A DNA stretch of 64,000 bases from Nitrosopumilus sp. (GTDB lineage Archaea; Thermoproteota; Nitrososphaeria; Nitrososphaerales; Nitrosopumilaceae), in the NCBI GenBank assembly GCA_965218695.1, contig OZ244651.1:544001-608000 (forward strand), in the 5' to 3' direction. The stretch's first letter is position 1. The number at the start of each line of letters is the position of its first letter. Positions 51,668 through 59,922 of this stretch are shown here, piece by piece. The notes under the pieces were generated by a model. The model searched no databases. It worked only from the letters and a program-made list of their open reading frames with translations, and was not told where the DNA came from. A program made the position numbers and the translations under genes.

Positions 51668-54077
51668 TTCCATCGTGGTTGAAAACATCCGCAGCTACGC
51701 GCACGAGGAGGTAGAATTTTCAACCGGAACGTCGTTGCTCGAAGGCGACATCGGCTCTGGCAAGTCGACCATACTGATGGCAATAGAGTTCGCGCTGTTC
51801 GGCCTGGGGGCGCAAAAATCAGAATCACTGCTGTCCAAAAAGGAGAGCGCGGGTTACGTGGTGTTGAAGTTCACAGTGGACGGCCACTCGTACGAAGTCA
51901 AGCGTGCGCTGAAAAAGACCACCCATGGAACAAACCAGAACCCAAAGGACTCGTGGTTCAAGCAGGACGGCGTGCACGAGCCCCTGTCGCCGTCGGAGAT
52001 CAAGCAGCGCGTACTGGAGATTCTCGGGTTCAACGAGTCCGCAGACCCCAAGACGGAAAGCAGGATCTACCGATATGCCGTCTTTACGCCGCAGGAGGAG
52101 ATGAAAAAGGTGCTGTCTGACTCCAAAAACCGCCTGGAGACAATAAGGAAGGCGTTCCAGATAGAGGAGTACAGCACTGCATGGGAAAACGCCAAGCTGC
52201 TGTCGTCGGATATCCGGACCAGGATGGCCGTGATGGCAGTAAGGTTTGGCAGTATTCCGGAACTGGAATCGATGATATCCGAAGTTGAAGATGAGATTGA
52301 CGCTGCCGACGCCAAGATCCAAGAAGGACGGGAGAGGCAAAAGAACATCGATGGCAGGATTGACGCTGCCGACGCCGAATTAAACGAGTTGCGAAAAAAA
52401 GACTCCACGAGGATCCGCCTGCAGTCTGAAATCGACGGCCTGAAAGGCAAGATTTCCGAAAGAACCAACATGGTGAAATGGATCAAAAACGGCATTGAGG
52501 AATCCAAAAAAGAGTTAGAAGAACTGGATGCCGACTACGACGAGAAGGCCAAGACAAAGGCGCCGGACACTAAAATGACGAGCTACGAGTTAACAGACGA
52601 AATAAAGAAGTTCCAAAAAATCAGCGAGGCCCGCGTGCAGACAGAGACGAAACTAAAGTCGGTCAAAACAGACCTGGCCGACATACGGGTAGAGCTTGGT
52701 GACATGGATACCAGCCTTGAATCTGCCAACGGTATGCTCGAATCCATGCAGGAGAAGAAAAAGACGTATGACGCGCAAGAGGAAAAAATACGGGCCGGGC
52801 TCGACTCTGCGCGCAGCCAAAAGACCCGCATGCAGACGAAAAAGGAAGGACTGGAAGACGAGATAGGCAGGTTTGCCACACTGGGCAGCAGATGTCCCAT
52901 GTGTGATCAAGATATAGATGAAAAGCACAACCACGCGATGGTCGATGACAAGAAGGCGGCCGTGCTGGAACTGGACAGGGAACTTGCCCAGACAGATTCC
53001 ACCATATCCCGGCTTACCACCGGGTTGGCTGAAAACGTGGAACTGCTGCGCGTGTGTGAGGACAAAATACCGCACATCCGGGAATCTATCAACGACGTCA
53101 AGTGGCGGGACGAACTGCAGTCTGACATTCCCAAGCTTGAAAAAGAGATAAGCGGGTTTGACTGCCAGTATTCTGAATTTCCCGGGGGGAATCCAATCGA
53201 GGTTCTGGGCAAACTCAAAGATGATGTGGCATCGTACGAACAGGTAGGATATGACATGGAGCGCATTGAGATTTCGAGGCGCAAGGTGAGGAACTATATA
53301 CAACGCAACCTTGAGGACATGGAGTCTGCAAAGTCGCAAATCTCAGAATGGCAGGCAGAACTGGCTCAGCATGAATCCAAGTTTGTCGTCATGGAGGACG
53401 TGACCGGTACGATAAAAGAGATTGAAGAAAAGACAGAAGGCCTGCGGGCCGAACTTGCTACCGTGGCTCACGACGTCACGGTGGCCGAAACCACCGTATC
53501 CAACAAGGAGGAAAACGCGGAATACTACAGGGCACAGCTTGCAGAATCCAAAAGACTAAAGGCGCTGCACGGCGAATCCTCCAAAACGCATGAATGGCTT
53601 GACAAGTTTTTCATGCCGGCCGTCAAAGAAATTGAAAAACAGGTGTTGCTGGACATACTGCAGAGATTCAACGCCAAATACCGCGAATGGTATTCGATGC
53701 TGGTCGACGATCCCACCAAGGAGTCAAGGATAGACGAGAACTTTACACCCGTGGTAGAGCAGGACGGGTACGAGCAAAAGGTGGATTTTCTCTCCGGGGG
53801 CGAAAAGACCAGCATAGCGCTTGCGTACAGACTTACACTGAACACGCTGGTCAGGGAGGCCGACTCGATAAAATCCAACCTGCTCATTTTGGACGAGCCC
53901 ACGGACGGCTTTTCCCAGGACCAGCTCGCAAAGGTGCAGGAGATACTGGACACCATCGACTCCGAGCAAATCATACTGGTCTCGCATGACCGCGAACTGG
54001 AGAACTGCGCCGATCACGTGTTCCAAATCTCAAAACACGACGGGATGTCAAGGATCCAGAAGGTCAGTGTTGGGTAA
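51657..54077 (+). CDS. rad50: DNA double-strand break repair ATPase Rad50
   Basis: GDIGSGKS, FTPQE, coiled coils, CPMC hook, LSGGE, LDEPT, VSHD. Confidence 0.96.
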   Translation: MILDSIVVENIRSYAHEEVEFSTGTSLLEGDIGSGKSTILMAIEFALFGLGAQKSESLLSKKESAGYVVLKFTVDGHSYEVKRALKKTTHGTNQNPKDSWFKQDGVHEPLSPSEIKQRVLEILGFNESADPKTESRIYRYAVFTPQEEMKKVLSDSKNRLETIRKAFQIEEYSTAWENAKLLSSDIRTRMAVMAVRFGSIPELESMISEVEDEIDAADAKIQEGRERQKNIDGRIDAADAELNELRKKDSTRIRLQSEIDGLKGKISERTNMVKWIKNGIEESKKELEELDADYDEKAKTKAPDTKMTSYELTDEIKKFQKISEARVQTETKLKSVKTDLADIRVELGDMDTSLESANGMLESMQEKKKTYDAQEEKIRAGLDSARSQKTRMQTKKEGLEDEIGRFATLGSRCPMCDQDIDEKHNHAMVDDKKAAVLELDRELAQTDSTISRLTTGLAENVELLRVCEDKIPHIRESINDVKWRDELQSDIPKLEKEISGFDCQYSEFPGGNPIEVLGKLKDDVASYEQVGYDMERIEISRRKVRNYIQRNLEDMESAKSQISEWQAELAQHESKFVVMEDVTGTIKEIEEKTEGLRAELATVAHDVTVAETTVSNKEENAEYYRAQLAESKRLKALHGESSKTHEWLDKFFMPAVKEIEKQVLLDILQRFNAKYREWYSMLVDDPTKESRIDENFTPVVEQDGYEQKVDFLSGGEKTSIALAYRLTLNTLVREADSIKSNLLILDEPTDGFSQDQLAKVQEILDTIDSEQIILVSHDRELENCADHVFQISKHDGMSRIQKVSVG

Positions 54078-54205
54078 CTCCGGTCATACTGAATATTCAT
54101 AGTCAGTGTAGATAGTCGGTACCGATACTTAGTATGGAATACCAAACAGAGTTCAAAAACCAACAACTGCTTGTGACAGTTAAGTGAAAAACGTAGATGC
54201 CAATT

Positions 54206-54280
54206 AGATCAGTAGCACAGTCTGGACAGTGCAGGCGCCTTCTGAGTGCCAGGTCGCCGGTTCGAATCCGGCCGGGCCCG
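54206..54280 (+). tRNA. tRNA-Arg(UCU)-like gene with a defective acceptor stem (probable pseudo-tRNA)
   Basis: D arm GCAC/GTGC, anticodon arm GGCGC-CT TCT GA-GTGCC and T arm GCCGG-TTCGAAT-CCGGC are intact. The 5' strand AGATCAG mispairs at three positions with the 3' strand CGGGCCC. Confidence 0.8.
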
Positions 54281-54312
54281 TCTCCTTTTATGTGAACCCA
54301 GCCATGTGGGTA

Positions 54313-55050
54313 TTGGTATTTTCGGCAAAAACCCACGGATCAGAGGACACCAAGGCCATAATAACATCAATCTCAACATTAGTCGAGGAGGCTACGTTCG
54401 TGGCAACCCCCGAAGGCATCACGTTTCGTGGAATGGATCCGTCGCATGTGGCGCTGGTTGACGTGAACTGGCCAAATTCGGCGTTTGAGCAGTATGACTG
54501 CAAAGACGAGGTAAAGTTCGGCGTCAGGATAGACGAACTGGCAAAGATCATCAAGCGGGTCGACAAGAAAGACGACATCGAGATCAGCATAGATAACAAC
54601 GTGTTGCTTTTGACTGTAGGCAGGAGCAAGAAATACAAGATTCGCCTGATAGAGAGCTCTACAAACGACACGCCGTTGCCAAAAATCCCATACGATTCCA
54701 AGATAGTTCTGAGGCACGGCAAGTTCGAGAAGATTCTTGGCGACGTGAACGTGGTGTCGGAATACATTGCAACGTATGCCGAAGGGTCAAAATGTTCGTT
54801 TTCAGGCAAGGGTGACAGTGGCGAGGTCGTGATCGAGGTGGATGCAGACGAGACAGAAGAAATAAGCGCCAAGAATCCAGGCGAGGGAACGTACAGCCTG
54901 GAATACCTTACGCCGATGGTAAAGGCGGTTGGCGGTGCGGGTGATAATGTGGTGTGCGAGTTTTCGGAGGCAAAGCCGCTGCGCGTGGAATTTCCAATAG
55001 CAGGAACCGGAAGAATACACTTCTACCTGGCTCCCAAAGTCAAGACCTGA
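54313..55050 (+). CDS. pcn: DNA polymerase sliding clamp PCNA
   Basis: ISTLVEEATF...GMDPSHVALV...YSLEYL...PL......G.IHFYLAP; TTG start 27 nt after TTTTATG. Confidence 0.97.
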   Translation: MVFSAKTHGSEDTKAIITSISTLVEEATFVATPEGITFRGMDPSHVALVDVNWPNSAFEQYDCKDEVKFGVRIDELAKIIKRVDKKDDIEISIDNNVLLLTVGRSKKYKIRLIESSTNDTPLPKIPYDSKIVLRHGKFEKILGDVNVVSEYIATYAEGSKCSFSGKGDSGEVVIEVDADETEEISAKNPGEGTYSLEYLTPMVKAVGGAGDNVVCEFSEAKPLRVEFPIAGTGRIHFYLAPKVKT

Positions 55051-55081
55051 CCGGCTTTTATGTGCATGGCAGCCATAATGC

Positions 55082-55402
55082 ATGGCGTGGGAAATTCCTG
55101 CAGCAGTAGTAGGATTGATGATGATTGTGCACGTACTGTATTTTGAAAAACGGTACGCGGCGTCGTGGAGGTTTTTCGGTTCTGTTGACGCAAAGACCAG
55201 CGTGAACAATTCCGCGCTGGCAGGCGCGCTGCTGAAAAAAGGGCTGGTCCGGGACGGCCTGTACGCAAACAGGGTGGCCGTAGTCGTCGATGGTATCTGC
55301 ATGGTTGGGATTCTGTCGTTTATGGACTCCGTGTCGGTATTGTTTGCATGCAGCATCATCCCGACGTACCTGTTTTTCAGGTGTTTTGTGGACACGGTGT
55401 GA
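55082..55402 (+). CDS. Small membrane protein
   Basis: Three hydrophobic segments; TTTTATG 26 nt upstream. Confidence 0.65.
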   Translation: MAWEIPAAVVGLMMIVHVLYFEKRYAASWRFFGSVDAKTSVNNSALAGALLKKGLVRDGLYANRVAVVVDGICMVGILSFMDSVSVLFACSIIPTYLFFRCFVDTV

Positions 55403-55408
55403 GCCTGG

Positions 55409-55450
55409 TATTGCATTGAAAGGTAAAAATTTTTACTTTTCAATGCAATA
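55409..55450. repeat. 42-bp near-perfect palindrome, copy 1
   Basis: TATTGCATTGAAAGGTAAAAA|TTTTTACTTTTCAATGCAATA (one mismatch). Confidence 0.95.
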
Positions 55451-55520
55451 TTTTTGCCCGGTCGTGGTGCTGGCTGGCGGTTCGCGGCCATGCATGATTG
55501 GCACGACGTCTGCAGTCACC

Positions 55521-55544
55521 GGCGGCGGCGGCGGCGGCGGCGGC
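55521..55544 (+). repeat. (GGC)8 microsatellite between the two palindromes
   Basis: Read directly from the sequence. Confidence 0.9.
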
Positions 55545-55646
55545 AACGATGCCAAGTCACCAGATTTCATCGCCTGATCAGACAGTGCTTGCACTGCGTG
55601 CCGTAGTTGACCCGCCTGTGCTTGCCGCAGTCGGCGCAAGCCTGGC

Positions 55647-55686
55647 GTCGCATTGAAAGGGAAAAATTTTTACTTTTCAATGCGAC
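55647..55686. repeat. 40-bp near-perfect palindrome, copy 2
   Basis: GTCGCATTGAAAGGGAAAAA|TTTTTACTTTTCAATGCGAC (two mismatches). Confidence 0.95.
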
Positions 55687-55770
55687 ATTTTTGTCGGCCT
55701 GCATGAATTTAGTACGGTCTAGCAACGTACGGCACAAAATTTCCTTTTATGCAGATTGGTTCTTCACCGC

Positions 55771-56106
55771 ATGAGCGTGCCATGTGACCAGATCATTGCA
55801 GGCTACAAGGTCGTGCTTTGCGACATCTGCGAGCGCGAGCTGGAAGACGAGACAAGCGCGCACGAGTCATGCGAGGCAAGGTATGACATACTCGTCGAAC
55901 AAAACCGCTGCATCAAGTGCGGGGGGGAAGTAAAAGGGAAGATGACTACGCATTATGAATGCCTCGGCATGCCGTACCTGGGATATGGGAACCCCAATGA
56001 GGAAACGGCCGTCGTGCTGTACAAGGGCGTGGCGCCTGAAACCCAACATGCTTCCGGTCGACAAACGCATGCCGCGCTGTTGCAGGATTTGCCGATTACC
56101 GGTTAA
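55771..56106 (+). CDS. Cys/His-rich hypothetical protein (double Zn finger)
   Basis: CDIC..HESC and CIKC..HYEC; TTTTATG 26 nt upstream. Confidence 0.75.
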   Translation: MSVPCDQIIAGYKVVLCDICERELEDETSAHESCEARYDILVEQNRCIKCGGEVKGKMTTHYECLGMPYLGYGNPNEETAVVLYKGVAPETQHASGRQTHAALLQDLPITG

Positions 56107-56174
56107 ACGAATCGGCGTTTTCCTTTAATCGGCGGCTTTCGGATTATACTACAGTATAACAACGACACTCATAA

Positions 56175-56357
56175 TTATCCGAATCCAGAGTATCGTATAA
56201 TGTCTGAACCACCAGTTGTACTTTGATATAATGGAATTCGGCCTGATGGGTGCGTGCGCAACATGCGGCCGCAGCACGGGCAGCATGGTTTGGGTGTATT
56301 GACCGAGCGCTCGCGGTTTGCGCATTTTTTGATGTCGGATTTGGCATGCGCCTGCAA
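56175..56357 (-). CDS. Zn-finger microprotein or remnant
   Basis: KKC...CPCCGRMLRTHP resembles a small thaumarchaeal CPCCG..LR..P family. Confidence 0.45.
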   Translation of the reverse strand: MQAHAKSDIKKCANRERSVNTPKPCCPCCGRMLRTHPSGRIPLYQSTTGGSDIIRYSGFG

Positions 56358-56364
56358 AAGCGCC

Positions 56365-56724
56365 TCAGGTCCCGCATTGCAACGGTTCTCTTGCGTCCGC
56401 CCATACGGCGCCGCCGTTCAGGTATACCGCACCGTTGGCAAGCAACCTTTCCAGGTATTTGCTTGCGAGCCTGTGCGACATGCCGTGCGTTTTGGCGCCA
56501 TCGGTTATGGCTTCTGCATACAATACAGTCCCGCAGTCCATTATCCGGCCAAGCAGCCAGTCCTTGTATGCAGGATAGCGCGGCGGGCGCTCCTCTATTA
56601 TCCTTGTCGCATCGCACTTGCTGCATACCTCGGCGTACTGCATGTCGCCGCACACGGCATCAGCGTCATGCGTCCATGCGTGGCAGCAGCAGCAGCCAAC
56701 GTCGTCTTGCATTGGTCTTGACAT
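56365..56724 (-). CDS. Hypothetical protein: Zn-binding N-terminus plus a winged-helix-like C-terminus
   Basis: CCCCHAW..CSKC; GMSHRLASKYLERLLANGAV; TTTTATG 26 nt upstream. Confidence 0.65.
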   Translation of the reverse strand: MSRPMQDDVGCCCCHAWTHDADAVCGDMQYAEVCSKCDATRIIEERPPRYPAYKDWLLGRIMDCGTVLYAEAITDGAKTHGMSHRLASKYLERLLANGAVYLNGGAVWADAREPLQCGT

Positions 56725-56763
56725 GTGTGGCAGGCGTGCGTGGCATAAAAAGACCGAATCCGA

Positions 56764-56979
56764 TCAGAGTTCGGTGCCGAACAGCAACGATGCCCCGAAT
56801 CCTGCCACAAACACGGCCACAGGCAAGACCATGCCAAGCCATATCGAATGAATCAGGTGCCTGCGCGCGGCCTCTTGGTTTTTGTCCTTCCACAGGACAT
56901 AGCAGACCAGGCCGGTGATTACCCAAAAGAACACGTGGCCGACGTACCATATCTTGGACGGCGTGGGTGATTGTTCCAT
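56764..56979 (-). CDS. Small 2-TM membrane protein (same architecture as 8521-8721)
   Basis: SKIWY...FWVITGLVCYVLWKDKNQEAARRHL..IWLG; TTTTATG 26 nt upstream. Confidence 0.75.
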   Translation of the reverse strand: MEQSPTPSKIWYVGHVFFWVITGLVCYVLWKDKNQEAARRHLIHSIWLGMVLPVAVFVAGFGASLLFGTEL

Positions 56980-57036
56980 GTCCCACGGATCCGGCCAGCA
57001 TAAAAGCCCTTTTTAACAAATGCCGTCTCTGCCGGT

Positions 57037-57711
57037 ATGCTGCAGGAACTGGTATTCTTCAAGAACACGTCCACATTGGACGAAACGCTGTACACCAGCC
57101 CGGCAGGAAAACTGTCAATACGGCAGACAATGATCCTCGGGATCGGGTGCGGCCTGGTCCTGATGGCCGCCATGTCTGCATACGAGGCAGACAACGATTT
57201 CATGGACGCGGTGTATTACCTGCCGTTTCTGGTGATCCCGCTGGCAATCGGCCTGTACAAGCCCAAGGTCCTGACGACAGACGAGTTGCTTTATTCAATC
57301 ATCATGTTTTTCATAAACGGATCCTCGGTCAAGCAGATTTCCAAGCCGAAAAAAACCAAAGGCAGGGGCGGATCCAGGGCGGCCAAAAACCCCAGCAGGC
57401 GCATGGGCTACCATTCATTGGAGCGGGAATACGTGCAAAAGGAGAAGACCAGGGTCGTCCCGGTGGCCGACTTGGGCAAGCCGACCAGGCTCAAGCTCAT
57501 GATACAAAAGCCCGGCGGCGGGGCCTTCAAGAACCATTTCGTCTCGATATACCTGGACGGAGTGCGCGTGACTGCAATGACAACAGACAGCGCAGGAGAA
57601 GTCGTGGCACTCGTGACGCCTGGAACTGAAGGCAATCATTCACTAAAAGTCATGGCGAAAGGATACGACGAACCCGTCATAGACGGCGACATCAGATTCA
57701 GGCGAGGATAG
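57037..57711 (+). CDS. PrgI/VirB3-like membrane protein with a C-terminal Ig-like domain
   Basis: LDETL....GKLSIRQTMILG followed by two TMs and K..V...DE (PrgI-like layout); basic linker; C-terminal VSIYLDG...TTDSAG beta-sandwich. Confidence 0.6.
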   Translation: MLQELVFFKNTSTLDETLYTSPAGKLSIRQTMILGIGCGLVLMAAMSAYEADNDFMDAVYYLPFLVIPLAIGLYKPKVLTTDELLYSIIMFFINGSSVKQISKPKKTKGRGGSRAAKNPSRRMGYHSLEREYVQKEKTRVVPVADLGKPTRLKLMIQKPGGGAFKNHFVSIYLDGVRVTAMTTDSAGEVVALVTPGTEGNHSLKVMAKGYDEPVIDGDIRFRRG

Positions 57712-57915
57712 CATGCGTAATGACTGTAACTAATTATAATGTTTATATATATTATAACCGTATTATAATTATGGAAGATATGGCTGTTGTAGAATGGAGA
57801 TGGATCTGATGAGCCTGTCCAACCTGTATGCGGACATGTACGATCCTTATCATAGAAAGGATCTCGGACTCGTGTTCGTGCCCCCCGGCCGCGTCGACAT
57901 GCAGGAGATTGTGAC

Positions 57916-58161
57916 ATGATGTCTGAATATGAACGATACAAAGAACGAAAAGCGGAGATAGAGGCCGTGCTGGGATTTTTTAAAGCCCATAAATCCAAAT
58001 TCTGTTTTTGCCACAAAAACCCCGTGCATGGCACGCCGATGGGGGAGGCGTTGGCCGACTTTGAGATCCGTGGTCTCGTGTACGATATGTACGACATAGA
58101 CTTTGAGATGGTGCAGGACGACATGGATGCCATAGTGCGGAATGCAGGAAGGGTTGCCTGA
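57916..58161 (+). CDS. Hypothetical protein (small-gene operon, gene 1)
   Basis: TGATG coupling to the next ORF. Confidence 0.6.
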   Translation: MMSEYERYKERKAEIEAVLGFFKAHKSKFCFCHKNPVHGTPMGEALADFEIRGLVYDMYDIDFEMVQDDMDAIVRNAGRVA

Positions 58162-58400
58162 TGTCGGAGCCGGTTGAGAAATGCACTGGAAAGCAGGGAA
58201 TAGATTCGCTGCATGATTGGGTTGTGCAAGACAAACTGAATGAAAAAACGACACTCAAGTCAGGCACAATCAAGCACACGCGCCATCTCCTGTGTTCCAC
58301 ATGCAAAGGCCGGATGATTGAGACCATATGGACCGTAAAAGACAAAATAGTAAACTCAAAACTGCAATGGAAGGGCATCGTCAGGAAGGTAGCGGACTGA
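58161..58400 (+). CDS. Hypothetical Zn-ribbon protein (operon gene 2)
   Basis: C...HDW...CSTC; TGATG coupling on both sides. Confidence 0.65.
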   Translation: MSEPVEKCTGKQGIDSLHDWVVQDKLNEKTTLKSGTIKHTRHLLCSTCKGRMIETIWTVKDKIVNSKLQWKGIVRKVAD

Positions 58401-58591
58401 TGGGGGCCAGAAAGGATCCGTCCACCAAGACACGTTCGTTTGATTCGAACAAAATAGGCGGCCTTCTTGAAGTTATAGCCTGGGAGGTCGACAAGATCGG
58501 CGTGGACGTAAAGTCCATCGTCATACACAGGGAGGCAGCAAATGCCTGGTTCGGCACAATCACGTACGATCCGCGCAGGAGGAAACGCTGA
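58400..58591 (+). CDS. Hypothetical protein (operon gene 3)
   Basis: TGATG coupling on both sides. Confidence 0.6.
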   Translation: MGARKDPSTKTRSFDSNKIGGLLEVIAWEVDKIGVDVKSIVIHREAANAWFGTITYDPRRRKR

Positions 58592-58834
58592 TGAATGAAT
58601 CAAAATTTGCCGCATTGACAGACATAATGAAGGGATTGTTGGACGATGCCACGGCCATCTAGGGCAAGGCCGGACGACTGTTGTTTCATTCTGGATTCAC
58701 CGATCCGGAATTTGTCCGGGGCGCACAGATGTTCCTGGCAAAACATGAAAGTGGATTCATCCGGGAAGACATGGAACAACGGACCGCCAAACTGTGGGAA
58801 TCCATCAAGGCGACGCGGCCCAAAAAACTGGCTA
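58591..58834 (+). pseudogene. Operon gene 4, with an in-frame TAG (58660) and truncated by IS630
   Basis: MNESKFAALTDIMKGLLDDATAI*GKAGRLLFHSG... continues in frame up to the IS end. Confidence 0.55.
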
Positions 58835-59922
58835 TAGTGTCAATCAAAAGTCTTCTACGTCAGTCTGAGCGTAACATTTTTTGATCACTCCGCACTACCG
58901 CCCACATGGATGAAAAAAGCAAAAAGCTGTTAATCCAGGCCTACAAGAAAGAGAAGAGGGGAACCATAAAGGACAGGATCCACGCCGTCTGCATGGTCAA
59001 GATCAGGGGGCTGGGCGTATCCGAGGTGGCATCACTGTGCTTTTGCGACCCGCACACTGTCACAAGCTGGGTCCGGCATTTTGATAGCGAGGGTCTTGCA
59101 GGCCTGGAAGACAGGCCCCGCCCGGGCAGGCCGCCCAAGGTCGGGCTTGAGAAGATTGCGGGGCTTGCAGCAAGGACTGGCAGCATCACAACTCCAAAGC
59201 AGCTCAAAGAAAACATACGCAAAGAATTCAAGGTGACATACCACATTTCAAACGTCACAAAGATAATGCACAGGCTTGGCCTGTCTGCCAAGACGGTCCA
59301 GCGCATCCACGTCAACAGGCCAGAGATCAAAAAGATCAGGCAGTGGCAGCGCAACGCCAAAAGGCGGATTTCACGCCTGCAAGAGAAGGGTTTTCTCCCA
59401 GTCGTCTTTGACGAGGCCATATTTGTAGACGATCCGGCATCGGGCGTAAAGTATTGGTCGCCAGAAGGCGAGCCGATTGTCACGACATACAAGGGACGGC
59501 ACGGAAAGGTGGTGGCATACGGTTCCATTGTAACAGACGGCAGGCAGTTCTTCAGGACGCATGAAAAATTTGACAAGGAGACGGTCCTGCAGTATCTCAA
59601 GGATCTGGTCAGGCATTTTGGAAAGGTGGTCGTAATCATGGATAATGCGCCACAACACAAGTCAAGGATCGTGATGAAATTTCTAAAGGAAAATCCCGAC
59701 ATCAAGGTCATGTGGCTTCCAGCTGCAACGCCCGAGCTTAGCGGCGTGGAGGAGTACTGGCACCAGGCAAAACGTAACGTGCTGGTGTCCGAGTACTATG
59801 CCACGATAGTGCAGATGCGCAACGCGATGTCGGAGTATTTCAGGACCGCGCGTCCAAGGATTGACGTAATGGAGTTCATCTGTAGAAAGTCCCTAAATGT
59901 AAAAAACTTTTGATCGACACTA
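58835..59922 (+). mobile_element. IS630-family element (transposase 58906-59913)
   Basis: TIR TAGTGTC(A/G)ATCAAAAGT with TA flanks; RPGRP, FDEA, MDNAPQH, PELSGVEEYW. Confidence 0.93.

Noticed and set aside
38025-54077. Wadjet or Lamassu SMC-type defence system
   Set aside because: Both SMC-like proteins have a CxxC hook and Rad50 motifs, one is paired with Mre11, and no jet or lmu partner genes are recognisable.
54229-54312. N-terminal extension of PCNA
   Set aside because: It overlaps the tRNA-like sequence; promoter spacing and family alignment support TTG 54313.
55433-55639. Poly-Pro or poly-Gly ORFs across the GGC tract
   Set aside because: They run into the palindrome, lack the local promoter motif and have no protein-like features beyond the repeat.
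55409-55686. CRISPR array (ATTGAAAG resembles archaeal repeat ends)
   Set aside because: Only two units, 238 bp apart, each fully palindromic. No spacer-sized periodicity and no cas genes in the window.
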